Positions 38,676 through 48,956 of a DNA stretch of 64,000 nucleotides are shown in pieces; the stretch's first letter is position 1, and every line of letters starts with the position of its first letter. Made by a program: the position numbers and the translations under genes. The stretch is taken from IMG/VR virus record IMGVR_UViG_3300042861_002400, one strand, 5' to 3'. A model generated the notes under the pieces. It was not told the origin of the DNA, made no database searches, and saw only the letters and a program-made list of their open reading frames with translations. The stretch comes from an uncultured virus (IMG/VR IMGVR_UViG_3300042861_002400) (Duplodnaviria; Heunggongvirae; Uroviricota; Caudoviricetes).

Positions 38676-40186
38676 GCCACCGCTTCCTTTCTGAGCAGCA
38701 CACGGTCCAGGATGGCGCCCGTGATAGCTTTCGCCATCCGGACCGACACCGCATTACCGATCTGCTTGGTTTGATCTGTGATTCCTCCACAGAAGTGATA
38801 GTTGTCGAATCCCATCGCCGCAGCCAGTTCGTGCGGCCGGAACATCCGGAACCGAATGCCCATCTGTCCAGGTTCCACGAGAGCAAAACGCCCCTTCGTC
38901 GTCACCGCATCAAGCGGTTCATCGACGGAGGTCGCCTTCGCGGTCCCGTAATACTTGACAATGAACGGTTCAACCAACCCGAATGCGCCACCCTTGGCTG
39001 TCGATATCGTCGGCAACGGATGCTCAATACTTCTTGGTGGCTGGCGCCCGCCGTGTTCCATGGGGATAACGAACGGCTCGCACAGGGCGAGCTCGCCACG
39101 ATGTCCAGCGGGAATTGTGGGGAGCGGCTCTTCGATGCTCCGCACCCGGTCCCCGCCTTGATGCGCGATCTGCACGATGAACGGCTCACACAGCGCGATC
39201 GCCCCCGCTCCCGCGATCGTAGGCAATGGTTCATTCACACTGCGCGGCGCCGCCCCGGACTGTTGTCCGATAACGAAGGGCTCGCAGACAGCATGATGGA
39301 TGCCGCCGGCACTGACCGTCGTTAATGGTTTGTCTAGCAACTGCGCTCCGGAACTGAACTGCGAGGGATCGGTCCCGCGCAGACAGCAAATGAACGCCTC
39401 CCCGCCGAACTTGCGCAGGCCGGCCTCGATCCGTTTCAAGGTGTTCTCCTTGAGCGGGCGCTTGCGTTCGTGAATGGGTGTCCCGGGGATCGTCCAATCG
39501 ATGATTTCCCGGGCGGGTCTCCACTTGCCCACGTGGGTCGGCACCGGCCAGGTGATGGGCCCGTCCTTTGTTGCCTGCAGGAACATCCGGTACCGGCACG
39601 TGGCTTCACCGTAATCCGCGGCGTTGAGGACCCGGTACTCCACCTCGTAGCCCAGCGATTTGATCGTCTGGACAAACGCCTGGAATGTCTCTCCCTTGTG
39701 CGCGGGATCCGCCTCGAGCCACGGCTTGCCATCTTCCGTGAACATGAGTTTGCCTGTCTTCTTGTCACGCTTCTGACGGGTAGGGCCCCAGTCGATATAC
39801 TCCTTGACATTTTCGATGAGCAGGTTCCGGACATTGAGAAGCGAGAGCCAGTGAGTCACATGAAACCCGCTGGCCCGTGACTGTTCGCTGACCGGAGTGC
39901 CGCCCTTGGCGAGCGAATGGTGTGTGCATTCGGGACTGGCTACGAGAAGATCCAGATAGCCGCCAGGGACCGCGTGGCGGGGATCCATGCCGTTCAGGTC
40001 CGCACACATGTGCTTGGCCCATGGATGGTTCTTCGTATGGGTCTCGACCGCTCTGGCCCAGTGGTTCACCGCCACCAGACTCATATCCCGCGACGGAACG
40101 AGCCCGCGCTCGATCGCCGCATTGACCAGGCCGGTGGACGTCCCGCCGGCCCCACAAAACAAATCACCGCAGTGGATCAGATTCAT
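38672..40186 (-). CDS. C5 cytosine DNA methyltransferase
   Basis: DLFCGAGG, SPEC, ENV, RxR and GNAV motifs; internal EPF...PLPTI repeats. Confidence 0.92.
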   Translation of the reverse strand: MNLIHCGDLFCGAGGTSTGLVNAAIERGLVPSRDMSLVAVNHWARAVETHTKNHPWAKHMCADLNGMDPRHAVPGGYLDLLVASPECTHHSLAKGGTPVSEQSRASGFHVTHWLSLLNVRNLLIENVKEYIDWGPTRQKRDKKTGKLMFTEDGKPWLEADPAHKGETFQAFVQTIKSLGYEVEYRVLNAADYGEATCRYRMFLQATKDGPITWPVPTHVGKWRPAREIIDWTIPGTPIHERKRPLKENTLKRIEAGLRKFGGEAFICCLRGTDPSQFSSGAQLLDKPLTTVSAGGIHHAVCEPFVIGQQSGAAPRSVNEPLPTIAGAGAIALCEPFIVQIAHQGGDRVRSIEEPLPTIPAGHRGELALCEPFVIPMEHGGRQPPRSIEHPLPTISTAKGGAFGLVEPFIVKYYGTAKATSVDEPLDAVTTKGRFALVEPGQMGIRFRMFRPHELAAAMGFDNYHFCGGITDQTKQIGNAVSVRMAKAITGAILDRVLLRKEAVA

Positions 40187-41162
40187 TAGTTATTTCATCT
40201 CCCGTTTTGACTTTCAGATAATTCAGAACTTCACGCAGCCCCAGCTGGTTCATGCAGTAGGCCCACTTTTGAGGGTGCGTCTGCTTCATGCGTTGGAACC
40301 GGTTGATCGGTTTCTCCATGTGGACTCCGAACATGCAGAACATGCATCCGGATCCGGTGGCGCCCGACAGAACGGTCCCGTCAGGCAGCGTCCTTTCATC
40401 GTAGATGTCCGGATGATCCAGCATCTGCTCCTTCACAGCGTCCTGGACATCCTGATCAGTGAACAATGCCACCGGCCAGGACGATCCTTTTTCGCCGAAT
40501 GCATTGCAGGCGCCACCCCGCTTCGACAAGAACGTCAGCTCGCGCTGCTGCCCGTCGGCCGCCCGCAGTCCCAGGATCGGCCTACGACCGCTCTCCAGAG
40601 CATACGTGGCCGCCGGCGTCTTCTTGATGGCCCCGCAGCACTGGCTCGAGCACTTGAAGGGAGCGTCGCACAGGTACTGCCAGCAGTCGGACAACTTGCC
40701 CATTTTGGAATGGGTTCCATCTGTCCGCTTGCCGGTCATACGCAGGGTACATGTCGCCGAGTTTCCATTGCCCCGTTTCCGGGCTACCTGGACCTCGTGA
40801 ACATATTGACTCACCCGCTTCGAGATGACGGGGTAGCCGTAGCGTTCGATGACCTGCTTGAAGTTCATCTTCGGCTTCAGCACGATATCGGCATGCCGCA
40901 GGGCGCAATCGCGCACCTCGGGATACTCGAGTCCCGTATCGATGAAGACCGCGGGACAGCGATCCTTGCTGATCCCACACAGATCTCGCACCAGATGCAG
41001 GACGAGGCGACTGTCAAGCCCGCCACTCCAGCTGATGTAGGCCGGTTGGGCGCCAACGAACTCGAAAATCTTGGTCTGCGCCCGCTCCAGCTTTGCCTTG
41101 AGACTGAGCCCCTGCAGCTGTCTCAGGCGCATTAACGGATAGTTGAATTCTTTTTCGTTCAC
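40164..41162 (-). CDS. phage PAPS reductase family protein
   Basis: PP-loop SWSGGLDS, FIDTGLEYPE, CCGAIKK and GCMFCMFG; start moved to GTG 41162. Confidence 0.85.
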   Translation of the reverse strand: MNEKEFNYPLMRLRQLQGLSLKAKLERAQTKIFEFVGAQPAYISWSGGLDSRLVLHLVRDLCGISKDRCPAVFIDTGLEYPEVRDCALRHADIVLKPKMNFKQVIERYGYPVISKRVSQYVHEVQVARKRGNGNSATCTLRMTGKRTDGTHSKMGKLSDCWQYLCDAPFKCSSQCCGAIKKTPAATYALESGRRPILGLRAADGQQRELTFLSKRGGACNAFGEKGSSWPVALFTDQDVQDAVKEQMLDHPDIYDERTLPDGTVLSGATGSGCMFCMFGVHMEKPINRFQRMKQTHPQKWAYCMNQLGLREVLNYLKVKTGDEITNESDPLR

Positions 41163-41998
41163 TGCATCTCCTTTGGCAGGTGTAGTCTGGCCAGATGAAA
41201 ACGTTTCCCACAACGGGCGCATTCGCCTTCGATAATGACGTGGACTCTGCCGATGCCATCGGTGGCACGATAGCCAGGTGCCGCCTGCGCATACTCTTCG
41301 CCCGGACTGAACCAACCTTTCTTCGCGTAGACCGGCGGCGAATGCCCGAAGATTTTACAAAGAATGTTCATACGTACCCCTTAGAGTTGGTGCGCCCGCA
41401 TAGCGTCGTTTAGTACGGCCAGCAAATCGACGTCGTGTAATCCCTCGTCTTTGCGTGCCATCGAAGTGATGTGGTGTAAGATGATTCCGCGCGGACAGAT
41501 ACCGTCGTTGCAGCGGGCCAACTCAGGAATATGGTTTGGAAGCTTAGCGGCTTGCGCGATAGCCCTGCAGTAACTTTGAACGTTCATATTAGCTCCTTCT
41601 TAAAATGGGGCGGGTTTGAAGTCCCCGCCGATTTGGTTGATTTAGATGCGGCTTCTCAATTCTTTGAGGAGATCGTGGCAAAGGTGCCAGCATTCCAAGA
41701 CAGCGTCGGCGCAGGGTTTCGAAAAACCACGCGCTTCCAAATGGTTGGCGATGTGCCACAGATCCGGCACCTTCACGTCTTCCAGTTTAACCTGACGCTC
41801 TTTGATGCCGCCTTTGGCGAGAGTCACCACGTTGAGGTCAGTACACGCCAACATGCGCCGGTAAGGACCCGCGCGCTCGTCGACGATTGTGCCCGGGACC
41901 GCCGGCTCCCAAGACACCTCGCCGAAGTCATTCGAGGCGCCCCAGTGCCCGTCGCCATCGCGGGTGACCTCGCCCGCTTTCAGCAGTCGATGCTCCAT
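41159..41998 (-). CDS. three small hypothetical genes (41159-41371, 41381-41587, 41642-41998)
   Basis: Operon-packed ORFs with SD-like motifs; the first has a C-x3-GH...CxxC Zn-ribbon-like pattern. Confidence 0.55.
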
Positions 41999-42001
41999 AT
42001 G

Positions 42002-43504
42002 TTAGCCCTCCTTGTTTCCTTCAATCACAAACACCCCGATGCCGTCGTTGTCAACGGCCAGCGTGTCGCCCACGACGCTCATGAGGACGTTGCGCTTGTT
42101 GGCCAGCGCGTAGTCCACATACTCGACGATTCGCTTTCCGAACCGTTCGCCGCCATCCACGATCTCCAGCCCAATACCCTCGGGGTAAAGCGCGGCGATC
42201 GCCGACGACAGGCGTTGGGCCTGGCTGTCGCTGAGCATGTCCATGGTCGTCCCTTCGAACACCGGATTGCCGTCCGTATCGAAGGTCATCCCCTTGATGG
42301 GACAGGTATCGGCGAGCTCGGCCAGCTTCTTCCGCTTGGCTTCCCGCTTCTCCTCGAGCTGGGTCACGGCCTGGCGCAGGTTCGCTTGGGCGTTGTTCTT
42401 GTCCGTCTGCCACGTCTTGTAGGCAACGTAGGCCAGGTGATTCGCCTGCTGCTGACCGGCCGCCGCGATCATGGAGTCGATGTCAGTGGTGTCCAGGACG
42501 GGCTCAGCGATCGGTTCCAGTACGGGGACGACGATGATCTGATTCTGTAGCTCCTCGATCTCGGCGTTAGCCCTATCGATGCCCTTCTGAGCGTTTGCGC
42601 GCCCCATTTCAAACCGGCTTTTGGTGCCGCGGAGGGCCGCTTCGCACAGACCTTCGGTGTTCTGCAACTCTTTGGCCAGGCGTGCTTCGATTACTTTGAT
42701 CTCCGCTTCGGCCTTCTGCCGGGCTTCCATACGGATCTTATCGTACTCTGCTCGAACATCACCCATGGCCGTCGTTTCAGCTTCCGCAGTCAGCTTTGCG
42801 AGGTCGTCAGCCTGTTCCTGTCCCCGCATGTGCGCCGTTACAACCGACCGCCCCAGTTCCTTAAGCCTCAGATCGTTGGTGTTGATTTCCTGTTTCCGGG
42901 CCTGAGCTGCCCGCAGGCCGGTCTGCCAGTCGGCGATCGCCTTGTCCTTCTGCGCCAGCAGGGTCGGCGTATCCGGGGCCTCGCAGGGCGCCACGGCCGT
43001 CCGTTCGCCCAATCGGTCGACGCACTGGCGCATGTTCTGCGCCGTCTTCGTGAGCTCGGAGATCTCCTTGTCCTCGGCGCTGGTATCGACGCCCAACACC
43101 TCGATAAGATAGAGGCGCCGGTCTTTCTCGTTCTTCTTCTCGAAGAACTTGGGATCCAGGATGAAGGGATTCAGTAGGGCCTGCACCTTCTCAACGGGGC
43201 TCTTCTGGACCTGATTGTCGAGAACGAATTCGAGCGGCCTGGCCTTCGTCGACTTGTCCTTGGACCGATAGAACTCGCGCCTGATCGTGGCCCGGTCGAA
43301 GACGAGTTCGACGAACCCCTCCTCGCAGCCGTGCCGCAGGATATCGTCGGGAAACTCACCGCCGCCGGCCCAGACGACCGCCTTAAGGATCGTCGATTTG
43401 CCGACCTCGGGCTGCCCCAGAATGACGGTGAGCGGCTTGTTGATGGTGATGATCTTGTCTTCGATGGGTCCGAGATTCTGGACCTGTATGGACTTCAGTT
43501 GCAT
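42002..43504 (-). CDS. SMC/Rad50-like ABC ATPase with central coiled coil
   Basis: Walker A GQPEVGKS, a long coiled coil, signature LSDSQ and Walker B IVDGGE. Confidence 0.85.
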   Translation of the reverse strand: MQLKSIQVQNLGPIEDKIITINKPLTVILGQPEVGKSTILKAVVWAGGGEFPDDILRHGCEEGFVELVFDRATIRREFYRSKDKSTKARPLEFVLDNQVQKSPVEKVQALLNPFILDPKFFEKKNEKDRRLYLIEVLGVDTSAEDKEISELTKTAQNMRQCVDRLGERTAVAPCEAPDTPTLLAQKDKAIADWQTGLRAAQARKQEINTNDLRLKELGRSVVTAHMRGQEQADDLAKLTAEAETTAMGDVRAEYDKIRMEARQKAEAEIKVIEARLAKELQNTEGLCEAALRGTKSRFEMGRANAQKGIDRANAEIEELQNQIIVVPVLEPIAEPVLDTTDIDSMIAAAGQQQANHLAYVAYKTWQTDKNNAQANLRQAVTQLEEKREAKRKKLAELADTCPIKGMTFDTDGNPVFEGTTMDMLSDSQAQRLSSAIAALYPEGIGLEIVDGGERFGKRIVEYVDYALANKRNVLMSVVGDTLAVDNDGIGVFVIEGNKEG

Positions 43505-43525
43505 GGTACTCCTTATTTGATTTGT

Positions 43526-44902
43526 CTATAGCGCCGCGTTGGCTCGCACTTGTTCAAACGACAGCTCCCGAAGAAGCTCTCCATTCTCAAACACGATCTT
43601 GAGTTCGTTAGGCAGCTCAGGCCGCTCAGATTCGCGCACCGTGTGGAATGCTCCATCGACCCGGATCAACTTCAGCCGCCCCTTCTTCGATACCTTGGAC
43701 GTATCGAGGGGACGTTTGAAGATGTCGTGCCCTACGCCATCCTGCTGTTGCCAGCATGACTTGAAGGCAAACCGCTGGGTGTCGCGATTGATTTTCTGGA
43801 GCAGGCCGCCACCCATGCCGAACACGATGTTGTCCGATGCCCACTGGTTGTTGCGCATGGCGAACAGGATACCCCGGATGCCCGCGTAATCAATGCCGTC
43901 GCCCCAGAGTGTTCCCACTTTGGGATTGAGTGTATTGTAGTGCTTGGAGTTCACGGAACTCCCGAACACGTCCTCCAGCAGGTTGAGCACGTCAATGGTC
44001 GAGCTGGTAGGCTCGCCCGAGTCGGGCCGGAACACGACCTTCCCTTCGCGCGCCAGGATTTTGTCCTTCAGCTTCCGGGCGTACACATTGATGAACCGCC
44101 GGTAGTCGTAGGAGTCGATCACCACCGATAGGATCCCCTTGGGGAACGTGTCAAGCAGCCGTTCGAACACCTGGAACTCGCCATCCATCCCGCAGGCGGT
44201 CATCACACTGTGTTCGCTTGCAGGAACTGAGAAGGCGACGGGATGTGGTGCCCCATAGCTGGCCTTAGCAACTCGCATCGCCAGCACCGTATCTGTGCCC
44301 ATGAAGTTCACCAGATGGCCGGCTCCCAAAAGTCCCGCCGATTCCGGTGATGACACGCCTCGCTGCCCGAAGTCGTGCAGCTGGAAGTTCAGATGCCCGG
44401 GGTTGTCCGAGGTCTCGTTCAGGTAGTGGGCGCACATCAACTTCACCTCACGGCTCAAACTGGCGACCGTGCAAGGGGCCCACAGATTGCACAGCAGAGT
44501 CTCCAGGTGATTCGTCAGCGGCGCGCACAGGGGATCGGTATTCTCAACAGTCATCAGGACGTTTGAAACATCGACCGGCGTGCCCTCGGAAACCGCGCGA
44601 ATCCGAATCGGCAGGTACCCGGCATGCTCAACAAGGATGTGATTCCACATCGCTTCATTGAATGCGTCGCCGTCGCCGAAATGCGCGGCCGCCAGTAGTT
44701 TGGCCTCGTGAATGCCCTCCTGGGTAACCACGGGACCCGCCAAGTATTCCTTGATGAAGTACTGGAGCCCGAAGAAGACGGTCTTATTGAAGAGGGCGCC
44801 CGTCCGGGACTCGAGATAGCTTTGAACAATCTCGGTCTTCGGCGGATACATCCGCCAGTGCTGCAGTTTGTAGCTGTCGGTGTTGACGATGATATTTTTC
44901 AC
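43526..44902 (-). CDS. nadV: nicotinamide phosphoribosyltransferase
   Basis: TDSYK, LHDFGQRG, GTDT, PASEHS, RPDSG, GDGI, FGMGGGLLQ and SKKGRL motifs. Confidence 0.95.
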   Translation of the reverse strand: MKNIIVNTDSYKLQHWRMYPPKTEIVQSYLESRTGALFNKTVFFGLQYFIKEYLAGPVVTQEGIHEAKLLAAAHFGDGDAFNEAMWNHILVEHAGYLPIRIRAVSEGTPVDVSNVLMTVENTDPLCAPLTNHLETLLCNLWAPCTVASLSREVKLMCAHYLNETSDNPGHLNFQLHDFGQRGVSSPESAGLLGAGHLVNFMGTDTVLAMRVAKASYGAPHPVAFSVPASEHSVMTACGMDGEFQVFERLLDTFPKGILSVVIDSYDYRRFINVYARKLKDKILAREGKVVFRPDSGEPTSSTIDVLNLLEDVFGSSVNSKHYNTLNPKVGTLWGDGIDYAGIRGILFAMRNNQWASDNIVFGMGGGLLQKINRDTQRFAFKSCWQQQDGVGHDIFKRPLDTSKVSKKGRLKLIRVDGAFHTVRESERPELPNELKIVFENGELLRELSFEQVRANAAL

Positions 44903-45876
44903 TTTACTCCTATTCCTATGTGGGTTTTCAGATCGTTGAGAAGAACTCGGTGCTCGGGTACCATGATTGACTCTACGACATCAACCAGCCGCTTCCAGCA
45001 GACTTCGGCGAGATCGTCTCCTGCCGCAGGAGTTGGTTCTCGGCCAGGTAAGGCGCGCGCTACGAAAAGCATTGTCTTAATACAGTCGACATCGCCGCGA
45101 TATCGCCAGTCATTGACTTTGTGACTGGTCAAATATCGCATACCGTCCAGATCCTCGGCACGAACGCCCGTCTCCTCCAAGAGTTCGCGATAGGCGTCCG
45201 CTTCGAAGGACTCGGATCGCGGATCTGCAAAGCCGCCGGGAAACCGGTACTCCGCTTCGCCTTCCTTACGTCCCAGAAGGACGCGCCCGTTTATCGTCGT
45301 AACCGCGATATCCACGGTCGCATACGACGTCGGATACCGGTTGTGCGCCTGCCAGATGGCCCCCGCCCGAAAGTCATACGACGGCTGCGCCTTCTTGGCC
45401 ATCGCCTCACGGATCGCACTGCCCGATATGCGTTCAGATGACTCGAGTTCGACCGTCGTAAACGCCCCGGTGTAAGCTTTGATAAACGAATCTCGGCTTC
45501 CATATAGGATGGCTGTTTGAGTCGGGCCAATCAGATCTCGGACTACCTTGTCGAGGGCAGCGCTCCACGTTCCATTCGACTTGCAGTCTTTGACGTAGAG
45601 CACATCCACTTCAGGATACTCCTCATGAATCATCTGCCGGCGGGCCAGATAATCCAAGGGATTGGTCCGCGTTCCAACGACCGCGCTCATGCCGAGCACA
45701 ATGATCACCCTGGCGTGCATATCGAGCACTCCCTGGATCAAGGCCTTATGGGCACTGTGCAGCTCGGGCACTTGGAATCTGCCAACGATCACACCCACGT
45801 CCTGCTTCACCAGAGGCCGCAGGCCTTTGGGTTTCTCACCCTCGATTTCATTGTCAGTCCATTTCGGTTTCATCAT
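44899..45876 (-). CDS. nadM: bifunctional NMN adenylyltransferase / Nudix ADP-ribose hydrolase
   Basis: GRFQ...HxxH, NPL and ISGSAIR adenylyltransferase motifs; Nudix box FPGGF...AYRELLEETG and GDD. Confidence 0.92.
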   Translation of the reverse strand: MMKPKWTDNEIEGEKPKGLRPLVKQDVGVIVGRFQVPELHSAHKALIQGVLDMHARVIIVLGMSAVVGTRTNPLDYLARRQMIHEEYPEVDVLYVKDCKSNGTWSAALDKVVRDLIGPTQTAILYGSRDSFIKAYTGAFTTVELESSERISGSAIREAMAKKAQPSYDFRAGAIWQAHNRYPTSYATVDIAVTTINGRVLLGRKEGEAEYRFPGGFADPRSESFEADAYRELLEETGVRAEDLDGMRYLTSHKVNDWRYRGDVDCIKTMLFVARALPGREPTPAAGDDLAEVCWKRLVDVVESIMVPEHRVLLNDLKTHIGIGVK

Positions 45877-45932
45877 CCTCCTTGTGTTAATGAATCGAAT
45901 ATTGTATCTAATCGGCTCACCTACGGCAAGCC

Positions 45933-47102
45933 TTACTCCTGCGTCAAATGTCCTCGAAAGACAGCTGCGTCACAGGTTTCTTCCGTGGCCTGTTCGAAGG
46001 TCCACTTGTTGTCCTTGGCGCACTTCTCTACGACCTGACGAATCGCTTCACGCTTGGTGTGCCAGTCATCCAGCGCCGGATCGACGTCGGCCCATCCAAG
46101 AAAGGTTTCGGCGGGACCCGCGTCAGAGTTTACGTAGATGAGAACGACGGTGTATGGCAGCTTCTCCAAGCGATCCCAGCGCCGCAGGACTACCCAGCCC
46201 TTGCCGAGCGGGCGATCAGCGAAGAAGTAGGATCCCGTGTCGACAATGACGTCGTTTCCGCGAACCTGTGATACGCCGTGTGCTCGTGTATATTTCGTAC
46301 CGCCTTCAACGAGCACATCACCGGGGAGCAGGTCGGCCAGCGTTTTGATCGAGGCGCTGATATCGACCCATAGAAGATCTGGATGTCCTTTCATCCTCTG
46401 CGTTTCCTTTCCTTGTCCTGTTGTCGAACCCGGTCCATCGCCGCTTCCGGCGTCTCGGCACCAATGCCGATGAAATGATCGAACTTGGTGCCGTAATGAG
46501 CGAGTTCATCCCACACCCCATCACTGTCCCTGTAAACGATACGGTGATCCCCGAACCGTTCGACGACTTCGGCGACCACCGCCTCGGCATCGTTAGTGAC
46601 CGATCTGCACGCGGCGCCTACGTCAATGACGCAGATGATGGGGCAATCCGATTCAGCCCGCTCGAGGGTCGCTGTGTATTGGCTTCTTGGTTTCATGCTG
46701 TCTCCACTTTGGAAGTTATTTCAACATAGTCCAGGCACCCGATCGGCACATTGGCGTAAAATCGATCGAGTGCAACATGCTCTGCGTGATAGGCGCAGCA
46801 CTCATCGAGTTCATAGACGTGATCGCCGAGATCTTTCTCGTCAATCTCGGCATCTTCAGGAGTCTTGCACTGATTGAGCTCGACGTTCACGGTGACTTTG
46901 AATTTCACTGCACCCTCCCAATCTTCCGCAGTTTGGCATAGCGAACCATGATGACCTCGCCGACGCACTGCTCTTTGTTTGTGGGCTTTCCATCGTAGCG
47001 GTGTCCGAACTCCGCGATGACGAAATCCTTGTTGGCGTCCCAATCGGCTTTGGCGGCCGCGAGGGACTTGTAATCCCGGTTGTAGGCTGGTGTGACTGTC
47101 AC
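45933..47102 (-). CDS. four small early genes (45933-46394, 46391-46696, 46693-46908, 46905-47102)
   Basis: Chain of 4-nt overlapping ORFs with no recognised function. Confidence 0.6.
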
Positions 47103-47308
47103 AGTGTCTTCCCTTTCGACGGTGCCGAGGACACCTTATTGGCGATGAGATTGCGGACAGCATCGTTCACCTGTTCCAGGAACTCCCGGCTGACCCGGGT
47201 GAACTTGTGGTGGCGCTGTTCGCAGCATTTGAGGGCGTACCGCTTGCACTTCGCGGCGTTGATGAACTCGAGCGGCATCAGTTTGAGTTTAGATGATTCT
47301 TCAGTCAC
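47099..47308 (-). CDS. histone-fold-like small protein
   Basis: FINAAKCKRYAL...TRVSREFLEQVNDAVRNLI...SKGKTL matches the alpha1-RVS-alpha2-KTL layout of prokaryotic histones; GTG start with an AAGGAG SD. Confidence 0.6.
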   Translation of the reverse strand: MTEESSKLKLMPLEFINAAKCKRYALKCCEQRHHKFTRVSREFLEQVNDAVRNLIANKVSSAPSKGKTL

Positions 47309-48000
47309 TTCGGAACTCCTTTCAAATAGATTGGATGGTAGTTGGTGCCCATGATATTGTCCCAGCCATAGTACTGGGCCAGGTTCCACGCTTGCTCAGG
47401 CACTGGGTGTTTGCGAAAGTCTTCGTCAGTTGCACCAAGATACCTGAGAAAATCTTCAGCCATTCCGTCATTGATGAAAGTCCATTCCTTGCGCCAGTCC
47501 AGGTCGGCTTTGAGCCAGCCCCAGGTCCATCCAGCGCAGGGATCGTACTTCTCGCCTTCGGGCTGACCGCCGGTGCGAAACAGCATTTGCCAGTCGCCCT
47601 TGTTGTAGCTGCCGGTCTTGCGTTTAAACTGGCGCCAGACGACCCCGTATTCGATGATGCACTCTGCGAGCGAAGCATCGGGTCCCTCGAATCCCGCCTT
47701 CCGGATTGCCGACCAGCGAAATAAGCTGTGCTTGCTCATAGCTATCTCCTTTATAAAGTGGGCGGGTGGACGTCCCCGCATTGATGTTCAGATATCGATA
47801 ACCTTGATCTCGATTAGCGCCCGCGATCCGGGCTCCAGTATCTTTCCCAGCACCATTTCACAGGCGTGGACGTCGAACCCCTCGGTACCGCGAACGTCAC
47901 AGGCTTTGTCGACCCAGTGACCCCGGTAGTTTCGTTCCAGTTTAACATCAGCAGGCCAGAACGAGAATCCGTGGCTGTCTCGCGTTACCTGGATATTCAT
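47305..48000 (-). CDS. two hypothetical genes (47305-47739, 47788-48000)
   Basis: ORFs with SD motifs; the first start was moved to MSKHSL. Confidence 0.6.
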
Positions 48001-48956
48001 AGCCAGCCTTCGCTCTTGGCGATTCGTTCAATCTCACCCCACGTGACCCGGTGGCAGCCGGCCACGACGCCCGTCTCCGAGACGGAGCTGACGTTGTAGC
48101 CTGCGATCTTGAACTGTTCGCCGTTGGTGCGCCAGCCCTTCTCGCGATGGCTGAGGAGCCACTTGAGAGCGGCCTGCGCTTCGCGGTAGTCGATCTTGAT
48201 GCCGAGGCTGGTTTGGATGACCTTCTCGGAAGTTCCGGTTTGGCCACCGTCGCCCCAGTCCTTTCGTTCAACGACGCGCAGCCGAGTCCCGAATTCATCA
48301 GAGAACCGGTAGCTGCTGGGGTAGCAAACATTCGGATCGCCCGCCAGCCATTTCTCGCGCTGCTCCTTACAGGACTCTTCATACTTCTCACGCCGCAGCT
48401 TCTCGGCGGCCGCTTCTTTCGCCTGGGCCTCCTTGAGTTCCTCAACCAGGCCAGTGAGATCCTTGGGAATCTTGACCTTTACCTTGAAGAGTTCAGCCAA
48501 GCGTTCGGCGGTCTTCACGTGAGCCATCGAAGCCTCGAGGTGCCAGGCCTTACGGGTTCTGGCGCGGGACGCGGAGAGCGATTCTTTGGCGGCCCGTTTG
48601 AGTTGCCGTTCGATCTCTTCGCGAACCCATTTCTTCTTCGTCTGCGCCGTTGCATCGGGAGAAGGAAGGATCTGCGAATATCCCCTGGGGACCCCGCAGG
48701 TGCCAATGACATCACAACCAACGAGTGCTCGGCGCAGGGCACCCAAGTCCTTCGCCGTCTGGTTGGAATAACAGTCGCGGCTCACAAAGTGGATGTCGCC
48801 AACGCCCTTGAAGGTACGCCGTTCTGCGATGCAGGTATGATAGCTGTAGTAACGATCACCCTCGAAGTGCTCGTTACCACCGCTTACCTTGCCGTAGTCG
48901 GCTTTCTTGTGGACCCAGATATGGGCGATCTCTTTTGAAGAGAAACAGTGTTTCAT
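47997..48956 (-). CDS. hypothetical phage early protein, 319 aa
   Basis: Long coupled ORF; IAHIW...YSYxTxIA...YSxxT N-terminal domain followed by a coiled coil. Confidence 0.7.
   Translation of the reverse strand: MKHCFSSKEIAHIWVHKKADYGKVSGGNEHFEGDRYYSYHTCIAERRTFKGVGDIHFVSRDCYSNQTAKDLGALRRALVGCDVIGTCGVPRGYSQILPSPDATAQTKKKWVREEIERQLKRAAKESLSASRARTRKAWHLEASMAHVKTAERLAELFKVKVKIPKDLTGLVEELKEAQAKEAAAEKLRREKYEESCKEQREKWLAGDPNVCYPSSYRFSDEFGTRLRVVERKDWGDGGQTGTSEKVIQTSLGIKIDYREAQAALKWLLSHREKGWRTNGEQFKIAGYNVSSVSETGVVAGCHRVTWGEIERIAKSEGWL

Noticed and set aside
19461..43504. Metallophosphoesterase and Rad50-like ATPase as an Mre11-Rad50 (SbcCD) pair
   Set aside because: The genes are more than 20 kb apart, and nothing in the sequence links them.
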